Source: Pseudogymnoascus verrucosus | Taxonomy: Eukaryota | Strand: one strand, 5' to 3' | Length of the DNA: 64,000 bases | Assembly (NCBI GenBank): GCA_001662655.1 | Contig: KV460206.1 | Shown: piece after piece, positions 40,945 through 53,777 of the stretch | Layout of the letters: each line of letters opens with the position of its first letter | How positions within the stretch are numbered: position 1 is the first letter of the stretch | Position numbers and translations under genes: made by a program | Notes under the pieces: generated by a model | What the model was told of the DNA's origin: nothing | Databases searched by the model: none | The model's input: only the letters and a program-made list of their open reading frames with translations

Positions 40945-42414
40945 ATGTCTTCTCCCACCTCAGGCTTCTCCCGACTCTCCCTCTCCAGGATGGCATCCAC
41001 CCGCCCAGAAGATGGTGCTACCCAGCCCAGCAACGACTCCTCCGACGCCTCCTCCGACGAGGACAGCAACGACGACTCCGGCGAAGACTCCAGCCCCGAA
41101 GACGCCTCGATCCTGCGCTCCGCACACACCAAACTCCGCTACGACACCAGCCGCCTCACCCGCAGCACCACCCGCCGCGCCCGCGCCGGCCTCAACGAAC
41201 CCTTCACCCTCGGCCACTGCTCCGTCTACAACCCCTCCGAAGGCTCCGAGTACTTCGCCTTCCAGATCTTCGAGACAGTCAGCTTCTCCGTCCGCGTCGG
41301 CGCCCCAGACTCAGAGTACCGCAGCCTAACCTGCCACTGCGACTCCGACCCCGGCCCCTGCCGACACATCTTCTGGCTCCTCGACCAAATCGCCTCACAC
41401 ACCCTCTCCACCTCCGACAAATCCACTCCCCTCCCCCTCTCCCCCCGCGGCTTCTCCCGCGCCCCCGCAAACGCAGACGCCTACCACCACATCACGGCCT
41501 CGGGGCCACATCTATTCCAGGAACTCGACTGCGACCTCCGCATCGCCCCGTCCTACGTCGAGCCCTCCCCCGCCGCCGCCACAGCAGCGAGAATAACAGA
41601 TATCCGCGACATCCTCGCTTCCTTCTCCCCCGCAACCCGCGACGACTACAGGCCCGACATCTTCTCAGCCCTCCCCGCCGACCCCTCCTCCCCTCTCCTC
41701 TTCCCCACCGACCTCGAGAAGACACTCGCTCACGCCGCGCTCGCGAACCCGGATCTATTTCGCCATCTCCGCGCGCTCGTCCCGTCGTCCCATTGCGCGG
41801 CTAGTTTCTTCCGTAAGCAGCGCGCGAGAGCGGCGGCAGCGCTGGCGAAGTTGGATGCGTATGCGGCTACGCGACCGCGTGCTGCTGCTGCGGGGGGGCC
41901 GTCGGTGGTGGTGCATGATGTTAAGTTCGCTGCAAATGCTGTTTCTGAAGCTGTTGCCGCGATCCTGGCTCGTGTTCACGAAGCGCGCGCACCGTTGTCT
42001 ATGGCTGCTCGCCAGGCTGCTGCTGAGTCCCTCGCCCTCACGCTGCTGGATCTCTCGAAGCGCAATATCGACGTCTACGCCACGCCCACATGGAAGGGGA
42101 CGCGTCAGCAGACTCTCCCCTTGACGGATCGGAATATCTTTGCCCGCTTCTTTGGGAGCGAGCCCCCTGCGGGGGGGGAGCGGTTTTTGGTCGATGGATT
42201 GGCGGATTTGGGGGATGCGGGGCGCGGGGTGGTGGGGGTGCTGGAGGAGGCGAAGGAGGCGTTTGGGGGGAGGGCGGCGCCGGCGGTTTATGGTGAGAAG
42301 CTTGGGTGGCTTGTGGGGAGTCTTAGGGGGGGAGTAGAAGGGGGGAGTGCTGGGAGGGAGGGGAAGAGGGGGGCGGGGGAGGGAGAGGGGAGGGGGAGGA
42401 AGAGGATGAAGTGA
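40945..42414 (+). CDS. SWIM zinc-finger domain protein
   Basis: 489-aa ORF with CHC-x6-CRHIFWL (CxC...CxH). Confidence 0.8.
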   Translation: MSSPTSGFSRLSLSRMASTRPEDGATQPSNDSSDASSDEDSNDDSGEDSSPEDASILRSAHTKLRYDTSRLTRSTTRRARAGLNEPFTLGHCSVYNPSEGSEYFAFQIFETVSFSVRVGAPDSEYRSLTCHCDSDPGPCRHIFWLLDQIASHTLSTSDKSTPLPLSPRGFSRAPANADAYHHITASGPHLFQELDCDLRIAPSYVEPSPAAATAARITDIRDILASFSPATRDDYRPDIFSALPADPSSPLLFPTDLEKTLAHAALANPDLFRHLRALVPSSHCAASFFRKQRARAAAALAKLDAYAATRPRAAAAGGPSVVVHDVKFAANAVSEAVAAILARVHEARAPLSMAARQAAAESLALTLLDLSKRNIDVYATPTWKGTRQQTLPLTDRNIFARFFGSEPPAGGERFLVDGLADLGDAGRGVVGVLEEAKEAFGGRAAPAVYGEKLGWLVGSLRGGVEGGSAGREGKRGAGEGEGRGRKRMK

Positions 42415-43793
42415 GCGGAAGCTAACATCGTGTCTTTCCTGCCCTGGATGTGGCTGGTTGCTCTTTTCGTTTGTCGTCTACCGCGCGATTTTTATTTCTT
42501 TCGTTTCTTCGGTGCGAGAGGGAGGGGTTGCGAGGGGATGGTGGGGGGCCCTGTTGATCAGATTCCCCTTGCTTGCTTCGTCACCTTTCTCCTCTTCTCT
42601 CGTGCTGTTTTTTATCATCTTTTTATCTCTGCTTTTATCTTTACCGCTGTTCGCTTTTCCATTCTTCATTGTCCATCCCGAGGCTGTCTGTGACGGTCTC
42701 GGAGTGGATGAACCGTAACCGAGGAGGATGGTTGTTTACTTTGTTCTGTTCGGGTTTGGGGAATATTAAAATACGAAAAGACCAAAAAAAAGAATACTTA
42801 TCTAATGCCTTCAATCTCTTCCTCATCTTTTTTTACTACAGATGGGGAATCTTAACTAGAAAAAAACAACGTAAAAAAAATGAATAGTTTTTATACAACG
42901 CTTCCCCTCCTTTTTTCTCCTATTTATGTATATCCTCACCTGCTAACTAGTTCGCTCCTTCCCTCGCCACCCCCTTCCTTCGCTTCTCCCCTCTCAAATC
43001 TCTATCCACTCCCCACCGCTCCTTCCCTCCGAACACAGCTTATGAGCTCCCTCGCGCCTTCCCTGCGCCGAGCGAAGACACCTCGTTCGTTCGTTCCCTC
43101 CTTCCTCCCATCGCTCCTTCCTCCCATCGCCCCTTCCTCCCATCGCTTCTTCCTCCCATGGCTTCTTCCTCCCATGGCTCCTTCCCTTCCTTCGCTCTTT
43201 AATATAGGAAGGCGCGATACGCCTTCTTATACACACTACATACACCATGGCACTGAAATCCCACCCCCACACACATGGCGGATGGCGGCGGCATTGGATT
43301 GGCAGAGGTTGGGTGGGTTTGGGGCTGGTGGGTTTTGTTATGCTGGCGTTTTATTTATATATTATCTTGGGAGGTAATTAGTTAGTTAATTAGTTAGTTA
43401 GTTTAACTAGGCACATTTGTGTAGGTAATGTAGGTATGTAGGTAGGTGATTTGTGATTCCGAATTTGGATTTCTTGTATATGCTATATCTATTGCGACAT
43501 GCCTGTTCTCGCTCTGTATGCTATTGCTGTACTATGCCATTGCTGCTGTGCGTCCTGCCACTAGCTGCTTCCTTCCTCCCTTCCTCCTCCTCCTCAAAAT
43601 AGGTGAGTGAGTGAGTGAGTGAGTTTTCCGAGTTCCCGTCTATGTACCCCCCCCCCCCCAAAACGCCAATGCAACCCCGCCTTTTTACCCATCGCTAGAT
43701 TTTTCAATATGCTTTTTTCAATAACACCAACAACACACACACACACACACAGAGTCCTTGAAGCGGGCAAGAGGGAAGAAAGGGGCAGAAAAT

Positions 43794-45629
43794 CTACCAA
43801 CTCACGCCCCTCCACCCAAACTCCCCATCAACATTAACCCACCCCCCCTTCTCAACCATCTCCCACCCCCCCATCACAGCAAGGATTTTACACCCCATAC
43901 TCCCAACTCCACACACAATCCCCCCTCCCTCCCCCTCCCCCCCACCCGCCCCAGCAAGCACAGCCAAATCCAACAAATACGCCCGTCCCACCAAACCCCT
44001 CAACCTCCACCCCTCCCCCCCCACCTCCCCGCCCTTCCCAAGTCCCCAAAACATCCCCGCAAAAAACCCCCCCTCCCACCCCACCGGCGCCTCAATAAAG
44101 CGTCTAAACATACCCCTCTCATCCGGCTCCCCTTTTTCCTGCGACGCCGAAAGGGGCGGGCGGGATGCGAGTTTGATAACCGATTGCGCGCGCACGGAGC
44201 CGATGAGGTCGTCGTCGGTGTAGACGTCTGGGTCGTCGGAGGCGACTACGAAGACGCTCCTAGCGCGGTGGGAGGAGGCGGAAGGGGTGGTGGAGGGGAA
44301 GGAGGTGGAGAGGAGGGAGTGCGCGGCGGAGGTGTAGTGGGGGGTTGGGATGTAGGCGTCGCGGTATTGGAAGGATAGAGGGTGCGCGTCGCCGTGGCGG
44401 ATGTGCATGGCTACTATCTTCCCGGGTGTCTCGGGATGGGCGACCATTGAGCGGAGTTCGGCGAGGCGATCTGAGACGTGCGTGGCATCCTCGGGCTTGA
44501 GGTGGAAGAGGGCTTCGTAGCCCTTCCTCGCGAGGTCGAAAATGGGTTTCTGTCGCGCATTGCCGGCGCGATGCGCGTCTTCGAAGGCGTCGTGGAAGGC
44601 GCCGCCGAAGGTGTGGGGGGTTGTCGCTGCGGAGACGAGGAGGTGGGCTGCTGAGTGCGGACACGGGGTTATGTGGTGACGCGGCGGGGGACGGCATGTT
44701 GCGGGCGGGGGAGGGAGGAAGAAATCGGTGTATGAACCGTAGGGCCACCTCGTGTCGTCGATGAAGAAGGCGCGGTCTTCGGAGAGGGCGAGGCCGTAGG
44801 CGGTCCAGAGGAGCATTAGGGTTGGTGCGAGCCCTGCGGAGGGGGTCTCGAGGGTTACGGTTAGGGAGCGCGTGCAGGGCGGGAGAGAGAGGGAGGAGAA
44901 GGATTCCCCTAGTAGTGGAGGCGGAGGAGGGCGGGAAGGGCGGTATGTTAGTCCCGCGGCTTGGGCGGCGGAGAGGAGGAGACCGAGACGGTCGGCGAGG
45001 GTGGGGTCGAGGAAGTTGGGATCGATGTGCGAGTATGGCTTATGCGCGGCGGGAGGGGCGGATTTGTGGAGTAGGCTGGATACGTGGGTGGCTATTTCCC
45101 CGGTTTGGGCGCAGAGCTCGGCGTAGTCGGAGGGGTGGAGGGGGAAGGCCGTGTGGGGGGGGATGGAGATTGTCCAGCGCGGTTTCCCGGAGGAATCGGT
45201 CACGACGACGGGGGTGGGGAAGTCGGGGAGTGAGTCGTCGCCTACGAGCTCGTAGGAGGTGCCGGAGTCGGTGGACCAGGCGCCCATGGAGGGGAGGTGC
45301 CGGTGTGCGCGCAGGAGGGCGGTGGCGTAGTAGACTATTGTCGAGACCCCAAAGACCCAGATGAGAAACCGGGTTAGCCGCCGTAGGCGCCGCGGGGTGG
45401 GCGAGGGAGGGGGTTTCCCGTGCCGTGGGACCAGGGCGGGGAGGCTGGGGGATGGCGGGGGGGAGGCGAGGAGGCGCGCGAAGGTTGAGCGGGAGGTGGT
45501 GGCGGAGAGGGGGCCGTGGTCGAAGGAAGGGGGGCCGCGGCGGAGGGTCATGCGCGTGGGGGGGTTGGAGGGGGAGAGGAGCATGTTGGCGCGGGTGGGG
45601 GAGAGGGTGAGGTCGAGGTGGTTCGTCAT
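43794..45629 (-). CDS. Type II membrane protein with fucosyltransferase-like (GT23-like) motifs
   Basis: 611-aa ORF with an N-proximal transmembrane segment, AMHIRHGD, FVVASDD and YLLDLAVL...CGVGS. Confidence 0.7.
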   Translation of the reverse strand: MTNHLDLTLSPTRANMLLSPSNPPTRMTLRRGPPSFDHGPLSATTSRSTFARLLASPPPSPSLPALVPRHGKPPPSPTPRRLRRLTRFLIWVFGVSTIVYYATALLRAHRHLPSMGAWSTDSGTSYELVGDDSLPDFPTPVVVTDSSGKPRWTISIPPHTAFPLHPSDYAELCAQTGEIATHVSSLLHKSAPPAAHKPYSHIDPNFLDPTLADRLGLLLSAAQAAGLTYRPSRPPPPPLLGESFSSLSLPPCTRSLTVTLETPSAGLAPTLMLLWTAYGLALSEDRAFFIDDTRWPYGSYTDFFLPPPPATCRPPPRHHITPCPHSAAHLLVSAATTPHTFGGAFHDAFEDAHRAGNARQKPIFDLARKGYEALFHLKPEDATHVSDRLAELRSMVAHPETPGKIVAMHIRHGDAHPLSFQYRDAYIPTPHYTSAAHSLLSTSFPSTTPSASSHRARSVFVVASDDPDVYTDDDLIGSVRAQSVIKLASRPPLSASQEKGEPDERGMFRRFIEAPVGWEGGFFAGMFWGLGKGGEVGGEGWRLRGLVGRAYLLDLAVLAGAGGGEGEGGGIVCGVGSMGCKILAVMGGWEMVEKGGWVNVDGEFGWRGVSW

Positions 45630-47869
45630 GGGATGAGGGTGGTGAGGGTGAGGGTGAGGCCTGGAGACCCGGATGGGTGGTGGTGAGGGTTGGAGGCCAG
45701 GTGGGTGATGGTGAGGGCCGGCCTGGAGAAGGTAGCTTGGCGGCGGTGATCGATGCCAAGCGGTCCAGACAAAGTAGCTAGCTGCTCAAATGGCAGTAAG
45801 AAAGAAGAGAGCCGGTTCCTTGAAGATATATCCCTTCAGCCGCTCAAACGTAGATAGAAATCGGTGTCGTGCCAGCACCGACAAAGTTTCCTTCCGTCTC
45901 GCGTTGTCGTCTTGAGTATATCCTCTGTCGAAAAAAGTTGCAGATAGGAAAGAAGATAAGAGGTTTTGACCCTCAGAAACAACAAACAAAGAAATAAAAT
46001 ATAAAAGAGATAACGAAAGAGGTGATGTCGAAATAGAAGAGAAACCGCCGCAGCGCTAAACGTTGCACCTTCTTTGTTCGCGCCCGCGTGGTGTGCGCGG
46101 GTGTCCGTCCGTCCGTTCGAGGATCAAAAATTCGCGTCCGTCGCAGGGCTGTTTGAAGTGCGTGCCGATCCCTTTGGGTGGTTGCGGATCACACACCTGG
46201 GTTGGTATGTGTATGCGTAGATCAGCGTCGAGGGTGTAGTTCGGGATTGACTGATTGGGGCCTGCAATTCCTGTATCTCTTTCCTCCGAGGTATTGTCCA
46301 GCTTCCTATATCGTATCGTATCCCGAGCGATTGGATGGCGGCCTCCCTTGAACAATCGTGCAGTGACCAACAATTATCGTTGCTGCTGTAGACACGGACA
46401 CCTTCTCCAGAGAAAGCGGGTCAAAGCTGGCAATAACAACAACAAACTCCGATTACCCTCCCTTCTCTCCCATACCAAGTCGTTTAAACAAATCCCTTTC
46501 CTCGTCCGTGGGCCCCTTCGAATACAGGCCACTCCCCTTGTTCCTGTGTAGCTCGATCGGCACACCCGCGTCAATCGGGCGTCTCGCGCCGATCGGTAGC
46601 TGTGGCTGGGATGGGGTGGATGTATGACGTCGCCCTTGGGATCGGCGAGGTGGATACGGTGGGTGTATCGTATCGTGTCGGAGGTAAGGGGGGTTGGTGG
46701 GAAGGGGAAGGTGAATCGCAGGTGTGTTTGTTGTCTGAGGTGGGAAGCGGGAGGGAGGTATGGAAGAGAGGAGACGAGAAGAGGAGGTACGGAGAAGAAG
46801 AGAAGAGGAGGTCAATGCTGGGCAGGGGGAGGTCGAGCTGGGGAGGAGGGAGGGAGGGAGGAGAGAAGAAGGTTAAAATTCGGCGAGGGAAGTGAACTGG
46901 GAACTGGGGGGGAAGGGTGGGTTTATACGGACGGGGATACCCTCATACTAGCCGCCAGTCCCCCTTGGGATTGGACGACTGGCATGGCATACTACTTGTT
47001 TCCCTGACTAGAAGTGGGCAGGAACTTGAGTCTTGATGTCTTGATAGGGTGTATGGCCTGTCTGTATAACTTCGACTAACTCCCTAAACTAGGGATATAG
47101 CTCCTGTCAGTTTCTTGGTCGGTCCGTCTTTTTTTTCGTTCGTTCGGCCGGCTTCTGTTTTTTTTTGGCCTCTGTGGTATGTGGTATGTATGGTGGCGGC
47201 GGTGGTCAGAACTGGAGAGAGGACAGGCTACGTCTCACATTCTGCAGGGCAGGGTGGTGGTGCATGGGGACAGCTGGGAGTGGACGGTGGTGAGTGGTGG
47301 CTGGGCCCCTGAGATGGCCCGGCACTTGGATGAAACGGAGCTACGGGGGGGGGCGATTAGGGGGCTAAGGTGGTCTGTAACATTCCGACTCGTTGAGTGG
47401 TGAGTGGTGGGTGGTGGTGGGTGGTGAATCGTGAATCGTGAGTGGTGGTACTGTATGCAGTGGTTGAGTGGATGCATAAGATGGGTTAACAGTCATCTAT
47501 CTGGATGTTTGTTTGTGCATGGAGTCCTGTTGTGCGTGGTATGATGTGGTGTCTCTCTGCGGTTGATTGTCCACCTGTGATATTGTGTGATTGTACGATC
47601 GATCGCCGTTGAAGTTGTTTCCTGTGTTGTGAGTACTCTGCTAGCCCCGTAGTTGTGTTTCTCCGTGAGCTGAGCTGGGATTTTAGTTCCTGTGGTTCTT
47701 GGTTTCCGTGGATTGGCAGTGGGTTTGGCAGTGGGCTGGCAGTGGGTGAGGGCCGAGACTTGTGGTGCTGTATCCTCTTATGTGCCGTGTGTGGAGACAG
47801 ATGGGCAAGAAGACAGGACGACAGAACAAGACGACAGGTTGTGTAGACACCGACTGGCGACTGCATACA

Positions 47870-50200
47870 CACATATACAGCATACATATACCGATAGACA
47901 TACATACAGACAGACATACAGCCAGACACCGGATGAACACAAACATGCGTCCGTAGTGTTCAGGCTGATAGCTTCTGCTGCTGCTGCTGTAAAGTGGTAG
48001 AGTCAGTCACTCGCAGTCTGTGATACCACTCTGCATACATGCAGTACGGCAGTTGCAGTCAATTGAAGAAAGAGAAGCGAGGAGGTGAAGAAACCACGTA
48101 TCCTTTTACTCCTATACCAACTGTTCTACCACGAAAGTGATGGTGTTACTATTCAGCACAGCAGTGTCAGTCAGAAGTTGTCCTCAGGCATTCATCAAGC
48201 AGTGTTCCTTGGCAATAGGGATTGAATACACCAGCACCTCTAACTAGCCTGACTTCCAAGGCCGCACTTTTAGCATAGCATAGTTTTTGCATGTGAAAGA
48301 CGACATTTGAGACATGAGTGCAGTATGAGGTAAGGGACACAAGGGACAGAATGCGCGAAGGGACGAAGGGACGAAGGGACGAGAGGAACGGGTGGTAGTG
48401 TAGTGGTAGTGTGTGTAGTGGGGATCCAGTCCAGCAGTCAAGGGAGCCGAGGGAGAGGGTCCTTTATTCTCTAACTGTTACCAGAGTTGGAGCTGCAAAA
48501 AGGGTATAGGTGGCAATCCCCCGTTGCTGTCTGTCGTCTTTGTCGCCACCCTACGTACGCATAAAGACAAGGCCAGGACACAGACGAACAATCATGTGCG
48601 CCTAACAATCACACACACGAGTTTACACACAAGTCAATCAACCATCGATGACGTAGTGTGTTGTTACCAGCCGCCGTTGAAGAAAGCAGTTAGTTTAGTT
48701 AGTAGCTGCTGTCTACCATACTTTAGAGACCAGCAGACCAGAAAACAACGAGCCCACCATACGGAATACAGCCATATAGGGATTGGAGGACAGGAATAGG
48801 ATGATGGAATAGACACGGCTAGACTAACTAACTTACACAGCCTCTACCGTCCCGTCTTTTCTTCAACTGCCCGCTGTCTATCTTCGGTTGCACACCCAGC
48901 TAGTATCGTACGACTGTTCTTGCTTCGCTTCTGCTTCTGCTTCTACTTCTACTTCTATGGTATAAAACTGCTTCTATCGACATGACGGAATGCTATTATC
49001 CATGCTAGGAGAAGGGAGAGCGACGTGTGTGTGCGTTACTCTGCTGAACTACCACTACTGCTACCACTATACAGACTACAGACGACTACAGCTACAACCA
49101 CCAATCGGCAAATTGTGGTGCAGAACCAAATGCTGTTGACGATACCATATACTGTCTTACGTTGCCAATAATGTTTGGCGAATTATAGTAATCGTGCATA
49201 GAGGAGGACATGATGCACGGACACGACACGCATTCACGTAGGCGGTCGCGCATTTACGGTTCATCCACTTAAGCACTATCCACTCAAACACTCATGCACC
49301 TAGGCACTCACTCTCTTATCCTCCCGTCCCTCTTATTTCTGTTACTCTGTAATGGCCACATGTAATAATATATACATATATATATATATATCGTCGTATA
49401 ACATTACACAGCACCTAGCATCCAACCCACTACCACTTGCCCCCAAAGCTTGTCATCACCTCATCCTATCCTGTCCTACCCCATCCTACCCCATCCTACC
49501 CTATCCCGCCCTGCCCCATTCCACCCTCTTCCATCCCGCTGCATACTGTGGTTAATGAGTAGTGGTTACCCCAGCATTCTAGCCGCCCTCCCTTAGACAG
49601 ACTACATCATCATTCCTTCCATCTTCCATCCCAATTCCCAATCCCTAATTCAAATTCCCCATCCAAATCCCCGAACTACCTCACTATACACTAACATAGT
49701 TTCTCTCTAACTATCCCCGATCTACCACTACTAACTAATACCAACTATACTCTACTATAGTCCCCCTCTAACCATCCCCCTCCTCTCCCTCTATAACACA
49801 TGTTAGTGGTCCTTCCATCCCTCCATCCCGCTAACACCTCATCCCTCTCACCCTTCCCCCGGTCCCCTCTACCCTTCGACCCTTCTTACCCCACAATCTA
49901 CCACTAACCTACTCCACCACCCACCTCTAATCGCCTATTAACCTTCCCCCCCTCCCCCCCCAATCCAAGCTCTCCCATTCGCCACACCTACCCCCTACCA
50001 CCCTTCCCTTCTTCCCCCCGCCCCAACTACACCAAACAACCCTTCCCAATCGCCGGCCGCTATCCCTGATTACGCTAAGATACGTGCGTGCTTATGTACG
50101 CCTAACCCAGAACCAGAACACCACATACCTACACTACCTACCTGTGCCTACTATACAAACCCACAATCCATCCACCACCAATATATCCTGCCTCCCCCCA
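47870..50200. repeat. Microsatellite/low-complexity-rich intergenic tract
   Basis: (GGGACGAA)3 at ~48361, (CTTCTR)n at ~48928, (TA)n at ~49369, CCCCATCCTA repeats at ~49479 and C-rich tracts. Confidence 0.7.
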
Positions 50201-50828
50201 TTTTCCCCTCTTTCACAAAAGGTTCCTTTCCATCCTTCATATTAGAACCAACATCACGAAACATCGTTTGCCTTGCAAGAAAGATCCGATTGCGAGGTCA
50301 CAGCAGAGAGAGAGAGATACAGCTGCTCCATAGCTGCCTGTACGAACCGAGAGAGAGCTCTGACTGAAACGAACGAGAGCTCGATTCGCCTGAAGCTGCT
50401 GCTGCTGCTGCGTCACGACTCAAAGCGAACCGGAGAAAGGCATACAATTACTCATACTCCCATTCACGGACGAATTTGCCAGCTGTGCAGTATATAAAGA
50501 GGGTGAACCCCGCAACGACGATACTGCTGTCGACAGCTACGCCACCCAACAAAGACGCACCACCTCGCCGCTGCAATACCTACTCCGCCCACCCGAGGCA
50601 TTCCGCGGAAGTGACAAGGTCAGTGGCGTCGTCAGGCAGTAGACCACGAGGAGAGGAGAGACGCTGACCAAGTCTCCAATCTACAGTTCACATCTACGAA
50701 CCCAATATCTCCGCACGAACAACCCCGACACCTCATTACCAATCCCACATACATCCATTCACCCGCCACACCACACCACCACAAAGCCAACACCTCCATC
50801 CACCACCACACCCACCACATCCCCAACA

Positions 50829-51635
50829 ATGACCGACGACACCCCTACCCCTACCCCCGACCACCACCGCCGCCGCGGCTCCTTCTCCAGCGCAACCTTC
50901 TCCGCCATCTTCGGTCCCCGCGGCGCCCCCACCAACGGCACCAACGGCACCCCTCCCGGCCGCCAAAACCCCTCCCCCCCTTCCTCCACCACCTCCACCT
51001 CCACCTCCACCACCGCCCCGCTCCCCACCCCCTCTTCCCGCCGCCGCATGTCCATCTCCACCCTCGGCCTCTCCGGCTCCCCCCTCTCCAGCTCCGCGGG
51101 GGCACCAAACTTCTTCCCGCGCGACCGCCGCGCCAGCATCGCCTCCTCGACCGCCTCTTCCAGCCTGCCTAACTCCGCGGTCTCGGAATCAGCTATCGAA
51201 GACGATTCCCCCGATTCGGGGGGTAGTGTGCCGACCACCCCGTTCACGAGACATATGTCCTTCGGCGGGTCATCGGGGTTGTTTCCCCGCGGCAGCGGAG
51301 GGGGACCGACGAGTCCGCAGACTAAGTCCAGAAGCCCGAGTGATGCGGGGGGTCTGAATTGGTCGGAGCAGTTTAGGGAGAGAGCGGCGAGCGCGGTGCA
51401 TAGACCTATGATGGGGAGTTCGCCACCGGTTGGGGGGGCGGGGTTTGGGAGTATGAGTGGGCAGGGAGGTCAGGGACCGCCGCTGCATGGGAGGGCGAGG
51501 AGTGAGGGGGGAGATCAGGTGGTGGCCCAGCCGCAGGCGAGGACGCAGCCGCTGCCGGTGCCGCAGAGGAGGGAGAGGAGGAAGCCGGATGAGGTAGGGG
51601 AGAGGATGTTGAGGGGGGAGTTTTATATGGATTGA
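50829..51635 (+). CDS. Low-complexity Ser-rich hypothetical protein ending KPDEVGERMLRGEFYMD
   Basis: 268-aa ORF with ACAATG start, TATATAAA at 50491 and a probable 5'-UTR intron at 50619-50686 (GTCAGT...GCTGAC...CAG). Confidence 0.75.
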   Translation: MTDDTPTPTPDHHRRRGSFSSATFSAIFGPRGAPTNGTNGTPPGRQNPSPPSSTTSTSTSTTAPLPTPSSRRRMSISTLGLSGSPLSSSAGAPNFFPRDRRASIASSTASSSLPNSAVSESAIEDDSPDSGGSVPTTPFTRHMSFGGSSGLFPRGSGGGPTSPQTKSRSPSDAGGLNWSEQFRERAASAVHRPMMGSSPPVGGAGFGSMSGQGGQGPPLHGRARSEGGDQVVAQPQARTQPLPVPQRRERRKPDEVGERMLRGEFYMD

Positions 51636-51686
51636 GGTGTTTGTGTGCGTGAGAGAGAGAGAGAGATGGAGGGAGAGAGGGGGTGT

Positions 51687-51717
<31 letters not shown>

Positions 51718-53777
51718 AAGAGGGATAGGAGGTGCGGATGATGCGTGTAGCTGGCCTGGTGCCGCTACATTTGTCACGTCGCTCGCTCGACTGCACGTTG
51801 GCTGGCAGGGTTTGAGGTGGTGAGACTACTGCTGGCTGGCACGGCGGATACATGGACCCTCTTCTCAGCACCGCATCACACATACTGCTCACCCCCCTGC
51901 CACGCACGCGCGCTCTACCTTATACACATACCACCTCTTCCCATCAACCCGCCCGCCGCAAAACGAAACGAAACGAAACGAAACAAACAAGAAAAAAAAC
52001 GCCACCACCACCATCATCGACCAACAAACCCGTCTACTCACTCGCTCCCTCCACCTAGGGCAAAGCATAAACAAAACCAACCAAAAAAAAGGGAGTTGCG
52101 GCAGATGCGATAGCGAAAGTGGCTGACCCGCCCCGAGAGCGTTTTTGTGGGAAGTAAGGAAAGGGAGAGAAAGGGTGGGGAATTATATTAGATATAAAGA
52201 ATGTGGCCGGGGGGTGAGGGGGTGAGGAGAATATCGACATGCCGCGGGCGCGGAGCTGATGGCTCACAATAGGCTCTTCGGGCAGTGTTCGATGTTGGGA
52301 TGGCTTTGCATGCATTACCTCTTGTACGAAATCACCATACCTTTTTTTAGAGAGTTTGCTTTGTTCCCTCTCTTTATCACTTGTCGTTTTGTGTGGTTAT
52401 GGTTCTGTTCTGCTTCTTGTATGAATAGTCTCAAGATTATCTCAACCCTCTTCTTCTTTGTTATTTTTTTTTTTTTTTTTTTGGAGCTGTGGTGGTGTGC
52501 AAGGGGGTTGTTTCGGGAAGAGCGTATTTGGGAGACGGCTGGCGGGACTAGCTTAGCTTGGCTGGCGGCAAGGGGGAGCGGAGGGGGGATTTGGGTGAGA
52601 TTGTGATGGCTTATGATGGATGAGCATGGAGGTTCTTTTTTTTTGGGGGGGGGGGAGGGGGCGCAGGCGTCTGAACGGACTGGGATGGATTTTTTATACT
52701 GCACTGCACTGGGCTATGCTTGGGTTTCGGTTTGGGTTTGGGAGTCTTCTAGTTTGGAGTTATTATTTCATTTTTGGGAGGCTACGAGCTACGGGGCGGT
52801 TTTACGAAACTTGAAATGCGAGGAATTAAATGAAATAAATAATGAAAAAAACATCAATATAAATGAAACCAAAAAAAAAGGCCAATGCGAGTTCTCGTGT
52901 GTTGATCGTATGACAAAAAAAAGTGAGAAATGAGCGTAGAGTGTGAGCAAAAGTGAAGAAATGATGCATACACTAAACAACCACACCAACTCCATGAATA
53001 ACCCCAAATGGGTAGGTAGGTAAACGCTAACATCTACATCATATCTCTCTTATTATACCTAGCAAGGAAGGAAGGAACGAGGGAGGGGCTTTGCCCGGGG
53101 GGGGGGGGGGGGTAGTAGAAGGGTGGAAGGTGGAAAGGAGCGAACGTTTGTCTTGCTTGCTTACCATAGGGAAGGCGCGAGGGGGGAGGAGGAGGATAGC
53201 GTGGAGGAAGATAGCGAGGAGGAGGGGGAGGAGGATATCGAGGAGGATAAGGAGGAGGTGAAATGCGCGCGCTGCCATGAACTCGGAGTCGTCTGTTCGG
53301 ATTCCCAAACCTTGTGCCGCCTGTATGGGTGAGGGTGTGGATTGTACGTTCTGCGAACCTGAGGAGAGAGGAGGAAGATGATGAGGGAATCCGCTTTGCG
53401 TGTGATGTGATGGATGCTGGGAGGTGGGCGTGTTGTGTGGGCTGGGGAAGTTGTGTGAAGGGTGCGTGGAGGTTGGGATGGCGTGTACGATGCCCGATGA
53501 GGATGACGAGGGGTGGAGGGAGGAGGGGTGGCATTTGCAAAGGGTTGGGGGATTTGGGGTGTGATGGGGGTGTGGGGAGGGGAAGGGGGGAGAAGGGTGG
53601 ATGGGAGTGTGGATTGGAGATGGTGGATGGATATGTTTTCTAGAACTTTATGGATTTAAAAAGCCCGCCGGATCAATAAGTATCATCCGCTCCACTGTCA
53701 TCGCCATAGAGAAGTGAAATCCATACCCAATACTACTCTACCAACCTAAGACCAGCTCTGCCACCCCCCCCCCCTTT

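Noticed and set aside
43376..43446. (TTAG)n/(GTAG)n tract as an interstitial telomere
   Set aside because: Units are tetranucleotide microsatellites, not TTAGGG.
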